DNA of 39,543 nt from Patescibacteria group bacterium UBA4664. GTDB taxonomy: Bacteria > Patescibacteriota > Saccharimonadia > CAILAD01 > BJGX01. The stretch is from contig CALRCL010000004.1 of assembly GCA_943354575.1 (NCBI GenBank), forward strand, positions 1 to 39,543, written 5' to 3'. The notes under the pieces are model-generated. The model was not told the origin of the DNA, searched no databases, and saw only the letters and a list, made by a program, of their open reading frames with translations. Of this stretch, positions 29,153 to 36,993 are shown piece after piece. Positions within the stretch are counted from its first letter, which is position 1; each line of letters begins with the position of its first letter. The position numbers and the translations under genes were made by a program.

Positions 29153-30094
29153 ATGTTATACGATATCAATTTGCCAGAATTAAAAGAAGAAAAAACAACC
29201 GACAACTCAGCTCAATTTACGGTCGAGCCGTTGTATCCCGGCTATGGAATGACGCTCGGTAATTCAATTCGACGCGTATTGCTATCTAGCTTAGCCGGAA
29301 GCGCAATTACTGCTGTAAAAATCGAAGGTGTAAGCCACGAATTCTCAACCATTTCAGGTGTGCGTGAGGACATCATAGAAATCATCCTTAACCTCAAGCA
29401 GGTCCGCTTCAGAAACCCTAACGAAGAGCCGACCACGCTAACCCTTAAAAAAGTTGGCGGAGTAGTCACTGCTGGTGATATCGCCAGCGTTAATGGCGTC
29501 GAAGTGGTCAATCCAAAGCTTGTTCTTGCAAACCTAGATAACGCAAAATCAAAATTCGAAATGGAAATAATTGTCGAACAGGGCCGAGGTTATGTGCCAG
29601 TAGAGAGCCAGAGCGGCGAAAAACTACCAATCGGCATGATTGCAATCGACGCTATCTACACCCCAATTAGAAGGGTTCGATACAATGTTCAAAACACTCG
29701 CGTCGGACAAATGACCAACCTCGACAAACTTGTACTAGAAGTCGAAACCGATGGTACAATTACTCCGCGAGAAGCTGTTATGCAGGCCGCCGAGGTCCTA
29801 GTTGGACACTTCCAGGTGCTTGCCGGGCATGATGTTGTCTCAGTTGGTAGCGGTGGAATCATGACTGCTTCTGAGCGAGCCGAAGCAGATATGGCCCAAA
29901 TCGGAGTTGATGAAGTTAATTTTAGCCCCAGAACAGCCAACGCCCTAATGAACAATGACATTAAGACCATAAAAGATCTTATGGACCTAAGTCCAGCCGA
30001 TCTTAAGGAGCTCAAGGGCTTCGGGGCCAAAGCCCAGGAGGAAGTAATAGATAAACTTGCCGAGCTTGGCGTTAGCCAGGAGCCGATTGCCTAA
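29153..30094 (+). CDS. rpoA: DNA-directed RNA polymerase subunit alpha
   Basis: 313 aa. GYGMTLGNSIRRVLLSS, VRYNVQNTRVGQMTNLDKLVLEVETDG, C-terminal domain SPRTANALMNNDIKTIKDL. Confidence 0.97.
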   Translation: MLYDINLPELKEEKTTDNSAQFTVEPLYPGYGMTLGNSIRRVLLSSLAGSAITAVKIEGVSHEFSTISGVREDIIEIILNLKQVRFRNPNEEPTTLTLKKVGGVVTAGDIASVNGVEVVNPKLVLANLDNAKSKFEMEIIVEQGRGYVPVESQSGEKLPIGMIAIDAIYTPIRRVRYNVQNTRVGQMTNLDKLVLEVETDGTITPREAVMQAAEVLVGHFQVLAGHDVVSVGSGGIMTASERAEADMAQIGVDEVNFSPRTANALMNNDIKTIKDLMDLSPADLKELKGFGAKAQEEVIDKLAELGVSQEPIA

Positions 30095-30128
30095 AAAGGC
30101 AATCAGGATAATTTAGAAAGACCATACC

Positions 30129-30635
30129 ATGCATAGACACAGCAACATCGGAAAGAAGTTCTCAAGAGCCGCCGCCCCACGTCGGGCGCTAATGCGTGGC
30201 TTGGTCGACTCACTAATTCTTTACGAACGAATCGAAACTACCGAAATCAAAGCCAAGGAGCTTGCCCGCATATTCGACAAGCTTGTTACTAAAGCAAAAA
30301 AGCAAGACTTGCACAATTATCGTCAGGTGCTCAGCTTTACTATCAATCCAATCGCAGCCGAAAAATTAAATACTGACCTAGTACACGGCTTTCAGACCAG
30401 AAACAGTGGCTACACAAGGGTTGTAAAAACAGGCAAACGACTGGGCGACGGAGCTGAAATGGCAGTCATCGAATTGATCCTAGATGCCGATTACAAACCT
30501 GGTGCTAAGCAAGCTGAAGCTAAAAAAACAGTAGCCAAAAAAACCACCAAGAAAACATCAGCTAAGCCAGCTACTAAGGTTAAAACAGCTAAGACTAAAA
30601 CTGCCGCTGTCACTGCCTCAAAAGGAGCAAAATAA
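30129..30635 (+). CDS. rplQ: 50S ribosomal protein bL17, with a Lys/Ala/Thr-rich C-terminal tail of about 45 aa
   Basis: 168 aa. RRALMRGLVDSLILYERIETT, GYTRVVKTGKRLGDGAEMAVIEL, then an AKKT-rich tail. Confidence 0.95.
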   Translation: MHRHSNIGKKFSRAAAPRRALMRGLVDSLILYERIETTEIKAKELARIFDKLVTKAKKQDLHNYRQVLSFTINPIAAEKLNTDLVHGFQTRNSGYTRVVKTGKRLGDGAEMAVIELILDADYKPGAKQAEAKKTVAKKTTKKTSAKPATKVKTAKTKTAAVTASKGAK

Positions 30636-31072
30636 TGAAGACATATTCAGCTAAAAAATCAGAAGTAAGCCAGCAGTGGTATATTATTGATGCGACAGGC
30701 CTAACTCTAGGTCGTTTGAGCACCAGGATTGCTGAACTGCTAATGGGCAAACACAAACCAAGCTATACCCCAAACATCGTTTCGGGCGATATCGTAATTG
30801 TTACCAACTGTGCAAAAATCAAAGTTACTGGTAACAAGCTCGAAGCAAAGTTTTATTACCGCCACAGCGGATACCCTGGTGGAATCAAAGAAACAAGCCT
30901 CAAAGACATGCTACAAAAACACCCCAACCGCGTTATAGAGCACGCTGTAGCGGGCATGCTACCAAAAAATAAGCTTCAGGACGAAATGCTCAAGCACCTT
31001 AAGGTTTATGCCACTGATGAGCACAAGCACGATGCTCAAAAGCCAGAAATAATTAAGCTGGAGACCAACTAA
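30635..31072 (+). CDS. rplM: 50S ribosomal protein uL13
   Basis: 145 aa. WYIIDATGLTLGRLSTRIA, YYRHSGYPGG. 1-nt overlap with rplQ. Confidence 0.97.
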   Translation: MKTYSAKKSEVSQQWYIIDATGLTLGRLSTRIAELLMGKHKPSYTPNIVSGDIVIVTNCAKIKVTGNKLEAKFYYRHSGYPGGIKETSLKDMLQKHPNRVIEHAVAGMLPKNKLQDEMLKHLKVYATDEHKHDAQKPEIIKLETN

Positions 31073-31073
31073 A

Positions 31074-31523
31074 ATGCCAGAAAAAACACCAGAAAAAGTA
31101 GCTGCCGAATCAACCCCCAAGGCTACAGCCAAAAACCATTACTACCGAGCCATCGGACGACGCAAACAGTCAGTAGCTGTCGTTAAGCTTTTCAAGGGCA
31201 AGGGAGATATCACTATTAACACTAAGTCAGCAATCGATTATTTTTCAGCAACCGAAACATATGTACACAACATCAAAGCTCCACTCGACCTACTGTCAAA
31301 AAGTAAAGAAATGGATGTCGTAGTCAAGGTAGATGGTGGTGGTCTTAGGGGCCAGTCAGATGCCATCAGACTCGGAATCGCCCGTGCCTTGGTTGAAATG
31401 AGCGAAGATTTTCGCACCAGCCTCAAGAAGCACGGCTACCTAACTCGAGACCCACGCAAAAAAGAGCGCAAAAAGCCAGGATTACGCAAGGCCCGCAAAG
31501 CCCCTCAGTTCTCAAAGCGATAA
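31074..31523 (+). CDS. rpsI: 30S ribosomal protein uS9
   Basis: 149 aa. YRAIGRRKQSVA, GGGLRGQSDAIRLGIARAL, RKARKAPQFSKR. Confidence 0.97.
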   Translation: MPEKTPEKVAAESTPKATAKNHYYRAIGRRKQSVAVVKLFKGKGDITINTKSAIDYFSATETYVHNIKAPLDLLSKSKEMDVVVKVDGGGLRGQSDAIRLGIARALVEMSEDFRTSLKKHGYLTRDPRKKERKKPGLRKARKAPQFSKR

Positions 31524-31553
31524 AAAAAAGCCCCGCAGCAGCGGGCTTTTTTT
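31522..31553 (+). terminator. Strong intrinsic terminator ending the r-protein supercluster
   Basis: A8, stem gccccgc (31530-31536) / gcgggc (31541-31546), loop agca, then T7 (31547-31553). Confidence 0.85.
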
Positions 31554-31569
31554 ATTATTGTTTTAGTAG

Positions 31570-31598
31570 ATGACTTCTTTAAGCATAAGACTTATAAT
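31570..31598 (+). promoter_or_regulatory. Promoter candidate that would give a leaderless or near-leaderless mRNA for the channel gene
   Basis: ATGACT (31570-31575), 17-nt spacer, TATAAT (31593-31598). ATG at 31606 is only 7 nt after the -10 element, and there is no SD. Confidence 0.45.
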
Positions 31599-31605
31599 AT
31601 AATGT

Positions 31606-32583
31606 ATGAGACGAAAACAAATCGTTATGTTAATTCTAATTGTAGCTAGTTTTCTGATTTTCGCTTCCTTGGGCTTTAGAGCCATCGAAAATATCAGCTA
31701 CAGCGAAGCATTTTATCGCGCCACCTACATTAGCCTGACCCACCACGATAACTTCAAAATGGATTCATGGCCTTCAAGAGCGATAATTATTTCGTTAGTA
31801 TTGGCTAGTCTGGTTTTGTTGGCATACTTGCTTAAGCTTTTTGGCGAGTATATCATAGGGCTAGGCGATGGATTAAAGCGCCGTAAAGTAAAGGCAAAAC
31901 TTTTAAGAATGAAAGACCACTACATAGTATGCGGAATCGGACGAGTCGGTAGCCAAGTTGCTAGGGAACTAGCTTCAGAAAACCAGCTATTTGTTGCAAT
32001 CGATAAAGACGAAGACCGAGTCAAGGAGGCTATAGCAATGGGCTATACGGCTTTTGTTGGCGACCCGACTAAAGAAAAAGACCTCCAAAAAGCCAAGATC
32101 GAAAAAGCCAAGGGCATCGTAGCTTGCCTCGGCGACGATTCGAGCAATCTTTTTGTGACCCTAACCTCACGCCAGATTAACCCCGATTTATTTATAGTAT
32201 CAAGAGCCAACCGTGAAGAGAATATCACTAGAATTATGCGAGCTGGTGCCGACAAGGTTACCATGCCCAACCAGATTGGCGGATTCCATATGGCCACTAT
32301 GCTAATGCGCCCACATGTGATTGATATCTTGGATGTTTTATCAACCAACAAAAGCTCCGAGCTGCAAGTCCAGGAAATAGTTATACCGCATAGCTCTAGA
32401 GTTAGCGGCCACCGACTCGAGAACGTCCTTAAACACGCTGAGGGCGTCAGTGTATTGGCCCTCAACACTGCTAGCGGCAGCAGTCAGGTTCATCCGATGG
32501 GCAGAGAGGTAATCTACCCGGGCGACAAACTCGTAGTAATGGGTACTAAAAACCAACTACAATCCATCCAGAAGCTTGTATAA
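31606..32583 (+). CDS. Two-TM ion-channel-like protein with RCK (TrkA-N + TrkA-C) domains and a degenerate selectivity filter
   Basis: 325 aa. TM1, pore-helix-like SYSEAFYRATYISLT, TM2. Rossmann IVCGIGRVGSQVAREL. C-terminal TrkA-C-like segment (LQVQEIVIP...GDKLVVMG). Confidence 0.75.
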   Translation: MRRKQIVMLILIVASFLIFASLGFRAIENISYSEAFYRATYISLTHHDNFKMDSWPSRAIIISLVLASLVLLAYLLKLFGEYIIGLGDGLKRRKVKAKLLRMKDHYIVCGIGRVGSQVARELASENQLFVAIDKDEDRVKEAIAMGYTAFVGDPTKEKDLQKAKIEKAKGIVACLGDDSSNLFVTLTSRQINPDLFIVSRANREENITRIMRAGADKVTMPNQIGGFHMATMLMRPHVIDILDVLSTNKSSELQVQEIVIPHSSRVSGHRLENVLKHAEGVSVLALNTASGSSQVHPMGREVIYPGDKLVVMGTKNQLQSIQKLV

Positions 32584-32590
32584 TAGAGCT

Positions 32591-33286
32591 ATGATACACA
32601 TTATGGCAGGGGACAACAAAGCAACAATCAACATTTTGTACGAAGATAGCCGGGTTATTGTAATCAATAAGCCAGCTGGCCTCGTGATGCACCCCAAAAA
32701 TGAACGTGACGAATCTAGTAGCGTTTTTAGTATCTTTCAAGATCAACTAGCCCAAAATAACGATCTGCGCGGCGGTATTGTTCATCGTCTCGATAAGGAT
32801 ACCTCTGGAGTAGTTATTATGGCCAAAGATGAGTCGGCTCTGGAGTTCTTGCAGGCCCAGTTTGCCAATCGTGAAGTCGATAAAACCTACCTAGCCTTGG
32901 TCTGGGGCCACCTCAGCCACCCCAAGGCTCGAATCGAGCTACCCGTGCGGCGGTCACTCAAATCGCCCAACCTTATGGCTGTCCACCCCACCGGTAAGAT
33001 GTCGATCTCGCAGTACGAAGTACTGACAGAGTACCTCAATTATAGCTACCTGAGTGTCAATATCCATACCGGCAGAACTCACCAAATAAGAATCCAGTTT
33101 GCACATATCGGACACCCCGTCGTAGGAGACAAGCTATATGGTAAAAGGCCTATGCCAGATGGGCTCCAGAGACAATTCTTGCATGCCGAAAAATTATCCC
33201 TAATACTGCCGGGCGAAAAACAAAAGAAGACCTTTGAGGCTCCTTTGCCGACTGAGCTGGCTAGTTTTCTTAAGGGGCTGGCGTGA
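32591..33286 (+). CDS. RluA-family pseudouridine synthase (no S4 domain)
   Basis: ILYEDSRVIVINKPAGLVMHP, catalytic HRLDKDTSGVVIMAK, TGRTHQIRIQFAHIGHPVVGD. Start chosen at ATG 32591. The track's TTG 32576 overlaps the upstream gene. Confidence 0.88.
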   Translation: MIHIMAGDNKATINILYEDSRVIVINKPAGLVMHPKNERDESSSVFSIFQDQLAQNNDLRGGIVHRLDKDTSGVVIMAKDESALEFLQAQFANREVDKTYLALVWGHLSHPKARIELPVRRSLKSPNLMAVHPTGKMSISQYEVLTEYLNYSYLSVNIHTGRTHQIRIQFAHIGHPVVGDKLYGKRPMPDGLQRQFLHAEKLSLILPGEKQKKTFEAPLPTELASFLKGLA

Positions 33287-34107
33287 GTAAGCTAACACTT
33301 CACCCTACTACGGCCAGCCAGCTCCATTCAGCTGCTCTGCAGCCGACGCACGGCTATTTATTCGCAGGCGGCGCCGGACTTGGCAAAACCACTGCAGCTC
33401 ATAATTTTGCGAAGACTCTACTGGGCAAGCAAGCCAACACCGGCGACCTGGCGCGCTGGGTTTTATTTATTGAGCCCGAGGCTGGAAAGAAGCTAAGATT
33501 ACCACAGCTCGAGCGGGTGCATGACTTTGCTAACCATTCAAAACCTAACAACATCAGCAGTAAAGTCATAATACTAGATGGCGCAGATTCACTGACCATC
33601 GAGGCTGCCAACTCTCTGCTATTACTGCTCGAGGAGCCACCACCATTTACGACCTTCATTTTGGTGGCCGAACGCAAAGATATGATCCCAAAAACCGTCA
33701 TATCTAGGCTCCAGCTTATCAATTTTTATACACCTACCAATAGCCAGCTAGAGGGTTTGATTTCCGAATATAAAGTTTCGCCAGAGACCTACGACGTAAT
33801 TGGGCGCTACCCAGCCCTGCTGATATCGGCTAGCCTTGAGGATGGCACTGCTCATGAGCAATTACTAGCCAAAGCCCAAAGCTTCCAGCAGGGTGGAATT
33901 TCTGACAGGTTAGTGGTATCATCTGGTATTGCCGACAAATCAGAGGCCCAACGACTAATTAGCACAATCTCAGCTAATATCCAAAAACAGTCCTTTAGCC
34001 ACCACTGGTCTGTCCGAGCAAACAGCTTGATAAAAGCGCAGATACACTTGTACAATAATGGTAATCCTAAGTTTGTGCTAGAGCACCTAGCATTGGAGTT
34101 TGAATGA
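33283..34107 (+). CDS. holB: DNA polymerase III delta' subunit-like clamp-loader AAA+ protein
   Basis: 274 aa. HGYLFAGGAGLGKTTAA, ILDGADSLTIEAANSLLLLLEEPP, TVISRLQLINF (sensor/SRC-like). Confidence 0.75.
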   Translation: MSKLTLHPTTASQLHSAALQPTHGYLFAGGAGLGKTTAAHNFAKTLLGKQANTGDLARWVLFIEPEAGKKLRLPQLERVHDFANHSKPNNISSKVIILDGADSLTIEAANSLLLLLEEPPPFTTFILVAERKDMIPKTVISRLQLINFYTPTNSQLEGLISEYKVSPETYDVIGRYPALLISASLEDGTAHEQLLAKAQSFQQGGISDRLVVSSGIADKSEAQRLISTISANIQKQSFSHHWSVRANSLIKAQIHLYNNGNPKFVLEHLALEFE

Positions 34108-34793
34108 TATTTGAAGTAATTATATTTTTAGGCTTTTTTATTCTGACCTTCTTACTCCTTAGTAAGTATAAGATAGGCCTGGTCGAATCGGTGGTTGAAA
34201 GCCTGGCGATTCTGCCCGTTAGCCACGATTCTAGGCTCGAGAGCTTACTAGAGATTGCCAGTCGCTATTATGCCGAAAAAAACTACCTGGCATCAGAAAA
34301 AGCTTACCTCAAGGTTTTGAAAGTAGACCACAAAAATAGTTTGGCTTACAGCCGATTGGGCTTTATATATTCTCATTTTGGCCAAATCGATGATGCCATC
34401 GATTGCTTTCAAATAGTAGCAGACAACTATCCCAATTCGGCTAGTTATTATAATCTGGCCATGATGCTTTTTAAAAACCGACGATTCAAGCGCTCGGCCA
34501 CCGCTCTAGAAAAATCAATCGATATGGAAGAGACCCCCGCTCGCCTCGTGACGCTGGCACGAATCTACCGCGTCATAGGCTCCTACGACAAGCAAATTAA
34601 GGCCCTAGGTAGAGCACTCGAACTCGAGCCTGCAGGCACATCGATTATGTTGCTTCTGGCGGAAGCACATTTGCACGAAAATCAGCCATCTCAGGCTGCA
34701 ACCATGTTTAAGGCGATATTGAAGATAGAGCCAGGCAATGTGAGGGCCAAGCAGGCCCTCAGCTCTAATCCAGCCTTGAAGAAACTGCAGTAA
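34104..34793 (+). CDS. Membrane-anchored TPR-repeat protein
   Basis: 229 aa. N-terminal TM (IFEVIIFLGFFILTFLLL). Several 34-aa TPR-like units (AEKNYLASEKAYLKVLKVDHKN..., AYSRLGFIYSHFGQIDDAIDCF...). Confidence 0.7.
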   Translation: MIFEVIIFLGFFILTFLLLSKYKIGLVESVVESLAILPVSHDSRLESLLEIASRYYAEKNYLASEKAYLKVLKVDHKNSLAYSRLGFIYSHFGQIDDAIDCFQIVADNYPNSASYYNLAMMLFKNRRFKRSATALEKSIDMEETPARLVTLARIYRVIGSYDKQIKALGRALELEPAGTSIMLLLAEAHLHENQPSQAATMFKAILKIEPGNVRAKQALSSNPALKKLQ

Positions 34794-34839
34794 ACTGGTA
34801 GACTATAATTTGCTTTTGTATCTGTAAATTGTCAAATTA

Positions 34840-34914
<75 letters not shown>

Positions 34915-34926
34915 TACCAAACACGT

Positions 34927-35012
34927 GCCGGGTTACCCAAGTGGTCAACGGGGGCTGACTGTAAATCAGCTGGCTTATGCCTTCGGGGGTTCGAGTCCCT
35001 CACCCGGCACCA
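34927..35012 (+). tRNA. tRNA-Tyr(GTA), class II long variable arm, CCA encoded
   Basis: Acceptor gccgggt/acccggc. Anticodon arm gctga-ctGTAaa-tcagc. Variable-arm hairpin ggc-ttat-gcc. T arm ggggg-ttcgagt-ccctc. Confidence 0.9.
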
Positions 35013-35013
35013 T

Positions 35014-35089
35014 GCCGACGTAGCTCAATTGGTAGAGCAGCTGTTTTGTAAACAGCAGGTTGCGGGTTCGAGTCCCTTCGTCGGCTCCA
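35014..35089 (+). tRNA. tRNA-Thr(TGT), CCA encoded
   Basis: Acceptor gccgacg/cgtcggc. D arm gctc-aattggta-gagc. Anticodon arm gctgt-ttTGTaa-acagc. T arm gcggg-ttcgagt-ccctt, which has one C-U mismatch and one G-U pair. Starts 1 nt after tRNA-Tyr. Confidence 0.85.
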
Positions 35090-35127
35090 GCAATTATTAG
35101 ATCTACTAAAAATAGACCAAAAAATAT

Positions 35128-35349
35128 ATGAAAAATAAAAAAACACCACCACATCAGCTGACACTATCGACCGACAAAAAAGTACTCGGTGTGGTCGGTG
35201 GCATTGCCGATTATTTTGGTTTCGACAAAGCCTTGGCCCGAATTATTGCAGCAATCCTAGTTATTATGTCGGGCATCATACCTGGTGTATTGGTGTATCT
35301 GATTATTGGCGCAGTCATTAAGCCCGAAGCCAAGACCCAAAAGCGCTAA
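35128..35349 (+). CDS. PspC-domain membrane protein
   Basis: 73 aa. KKVLGVVGGIADYFGFDKALARIIAAILVI is the classical PspC-domain pattern, followed by a TM helix. Confidence 0.8.
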   Translation: MKNKKTPPHQLTLSTDKKVLGVVGGIADYFGFDKALARIIAAILVIMSGIIPGVLVYLIIGAVIKPEAKTQKR

Positions 35350-35364
35350 CACTAGAGTTGGGAG

Positions 35365-36198
35365 CTACTTCGAGTTGTTGTTCCAGAAAACTCTCAGGGT
35401 AGCCAGCAAAATAATTGAGCCCAGCCCAAATAAGGCAATTAGCGACATCGCAGCTCTAATATCGGCAGGCTGCTCACCCCATATAGGCCGTAGTATTATA
35501 GGTATTATAGGTGCCGAAAAAAGCACAATTGGTTGTAATTGAAAGCTCTTGCTGGGGGCTCTTTCTGATTTGGGAGCTTTTGTAATATAGGCAAAAATAA
35601 CTGATATGATAATAAAAAATAGTGTAATTTCTGCCAGCCAACCAATGAAGTTAAGGTAGGGTACACCAAAAAATATACCTCCTTTGGTCCAGATATAAAC
35701 CTTATTAACAGTCGAGTTTACGGGATCGGCAGCAAGGTCGGTAAGAGTGGCTATTAACCCGCCCAGCAAAGCAAACCAAACTATCTTTGGGCCTTTGATC
35801 ATTTTAAAATCACCAAGCAATATACGCACGACCCAGTAGGTGGAGTAGGTAATGGCAAAGTAGGTTAGCATCAGTAGTGGCGGAACCCCACCAACGAGCG
35901 GACCATTATTTAGCAAATTATAGTAGTAGTCGCCAAATATCTTTCCGGTACTGACGCCAAGGTATTCAGTGGTGTAGCTAACTATAAATATTACAATAAA
36001 AAACAATATAATATTTTTGCGACCCAAGTACTTACTGCCGTGCATAAAAATAAATACAGCTGGCAAGAAATATATTAAAAGTGGTAGCAAGCCACCACCA
36101 AATGATATTAGGCTGGTGAGCACGATAAGCGCCAAAATAAACCAGCGAAAAGTACTGCTCTTATCGATTTTTGTGTTGGAGTCTTTTATAGCTTTCAT
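35365..36198 (-). CDS. Polytopic membrane protein resembling the carotenoid-biosynthesis-protein family (DUF422 / CruF-like)
   Basis: 277 aa, about 7 TM. Motifs as I recall them for PF04240: TEYLGVSTGKIFGDYYY, GGVPPLLMLTYF, DLAADPV...IWTKGGIFFGVPYLNFIGW. The family assignment is from memory and was not searched. Confidence 0.5.
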   Translation of the reverse strand: MKAIKDSNTKIDKSSTFRWFILALIVLTSLISFGGGLLPLLIYFLPAVFIFMHGSKYLGRKNIILFFIVIFIVSYTTEYLGVSTGKIFGDYYYNLLNNGPLVGGVPPLLMLTYFAITYSTYWVVRILLGDFKMIKGPKIVWFALLGGLIATLTDLAADPVNSTVNKVYIWTKGGIFFGVPYLNFIGWLAEITLFFIIISVIFAYITKAPKSERAPSKSFQLQPIVLFSAPIIPIILRPIWGEQPADIRAAMSLIALFGLGSIILLATLRVFWNNNSK

Positions 36199-36282
36199 GC
36201 TTTAAATATTACACTCATCTTTGGCTATCTACAACAAAATTAGCCATTAGTAGTCGCAGTTTGTTATACTATTCTCAAGCGT

Positions 36283-36993
36283 ATGCGTATTACTATCAAC
36301 TCACTTTACTGGTACTTCGGAATTCCGATTGTACTTTTTGTGGGCATCAGGGGCCTAAAGCAGTACAAGGCTACCGGCAACTTGCTCGATAGATGCATCG
36401 GCTGGATGGGCATATTTTTTACATTTAGTTTACTGGCCTATGGTCTGGGCCCAATCATCTCGGACGATTCGACCATACTAACATACTTGACTATTGCTGC
36501 TAGCTTATTCCAATTCATGGCACTATTTTTCTTATGGCTAGCAGTCGCCAGGCTGTATTCACCCAAAAGTAAGCTCGGGGCAAAGCTAATAGTAGCTTTC
36601 GATATTATTTTAGTTATGATCGCCAGCTACCTATCGATAACCCAAAATTTAGCTACCCCAACAACAATCTCGCAGCTACCAAGTGGCTTTTGGGCTATTA
36701 ATTATGTTTCCAGGCCAGCGCTAGATATAGCAACATCACTGCAATATGCCTGCCTGCTCTTAATAGGTGCAATGTTCGTCTATCAAGCTTTCACGTTAGT
36801 CAACACCAAAAACAAACGCCGAACCATGCTGCTGGGAGCAGCACTATTTATGGTCGGCGTTTTGTCTTGTCTGCGTCCATTAGTTATTGCGGCCTCCGAT
36901 TCGGCTTTTCAATACCTAACCATCGCCATAGCTGCACTAGTTGTAGCTCTAATAGTTGGTAGCATCTTTTACGGTAGCAAACCAAATCGCTAA
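36283..36993 (+). CDS. Hypothetical polytopic membrane protein (about 7 TM)
   Basis: 236 aa, strongly hydrophobic with regularly spaced helices. I recognise no motif. Its stop overlaps the stop of the convergent kinase gene. Confidence 0.6.
   Translation: MRITINSLYWYFGIPIVLFVGIRGLKQYKATGNLLDRCIGWMGIFFTFSLLAYGLGPIISDDSTILTYLTIAASLFQFMALFFLWLAVARLYSPKSKLGAKLIVAFDIILVMIASYLSITQNLATPTTISQLPSGFWAINYVSRPALDIATSLQYACLLLIGAMFVYQAFTLVNTKNKRRTMLLGAALFMVGVLSCLRPLVIAASDSAFQYLTIAIAALVVALIVGSIFYGSKPNR

Noticed and set aside
32043-32468. 141-aa minus-strand ORF inside the channel gene, and the 78-aa plus-strand ORF at 35306-35542
   Set aside because: Each is antisense to a better-supported gene with clear domain motifs (RCK domains and the CruF-like protein, respectively). 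They are typical shadow ORFs.
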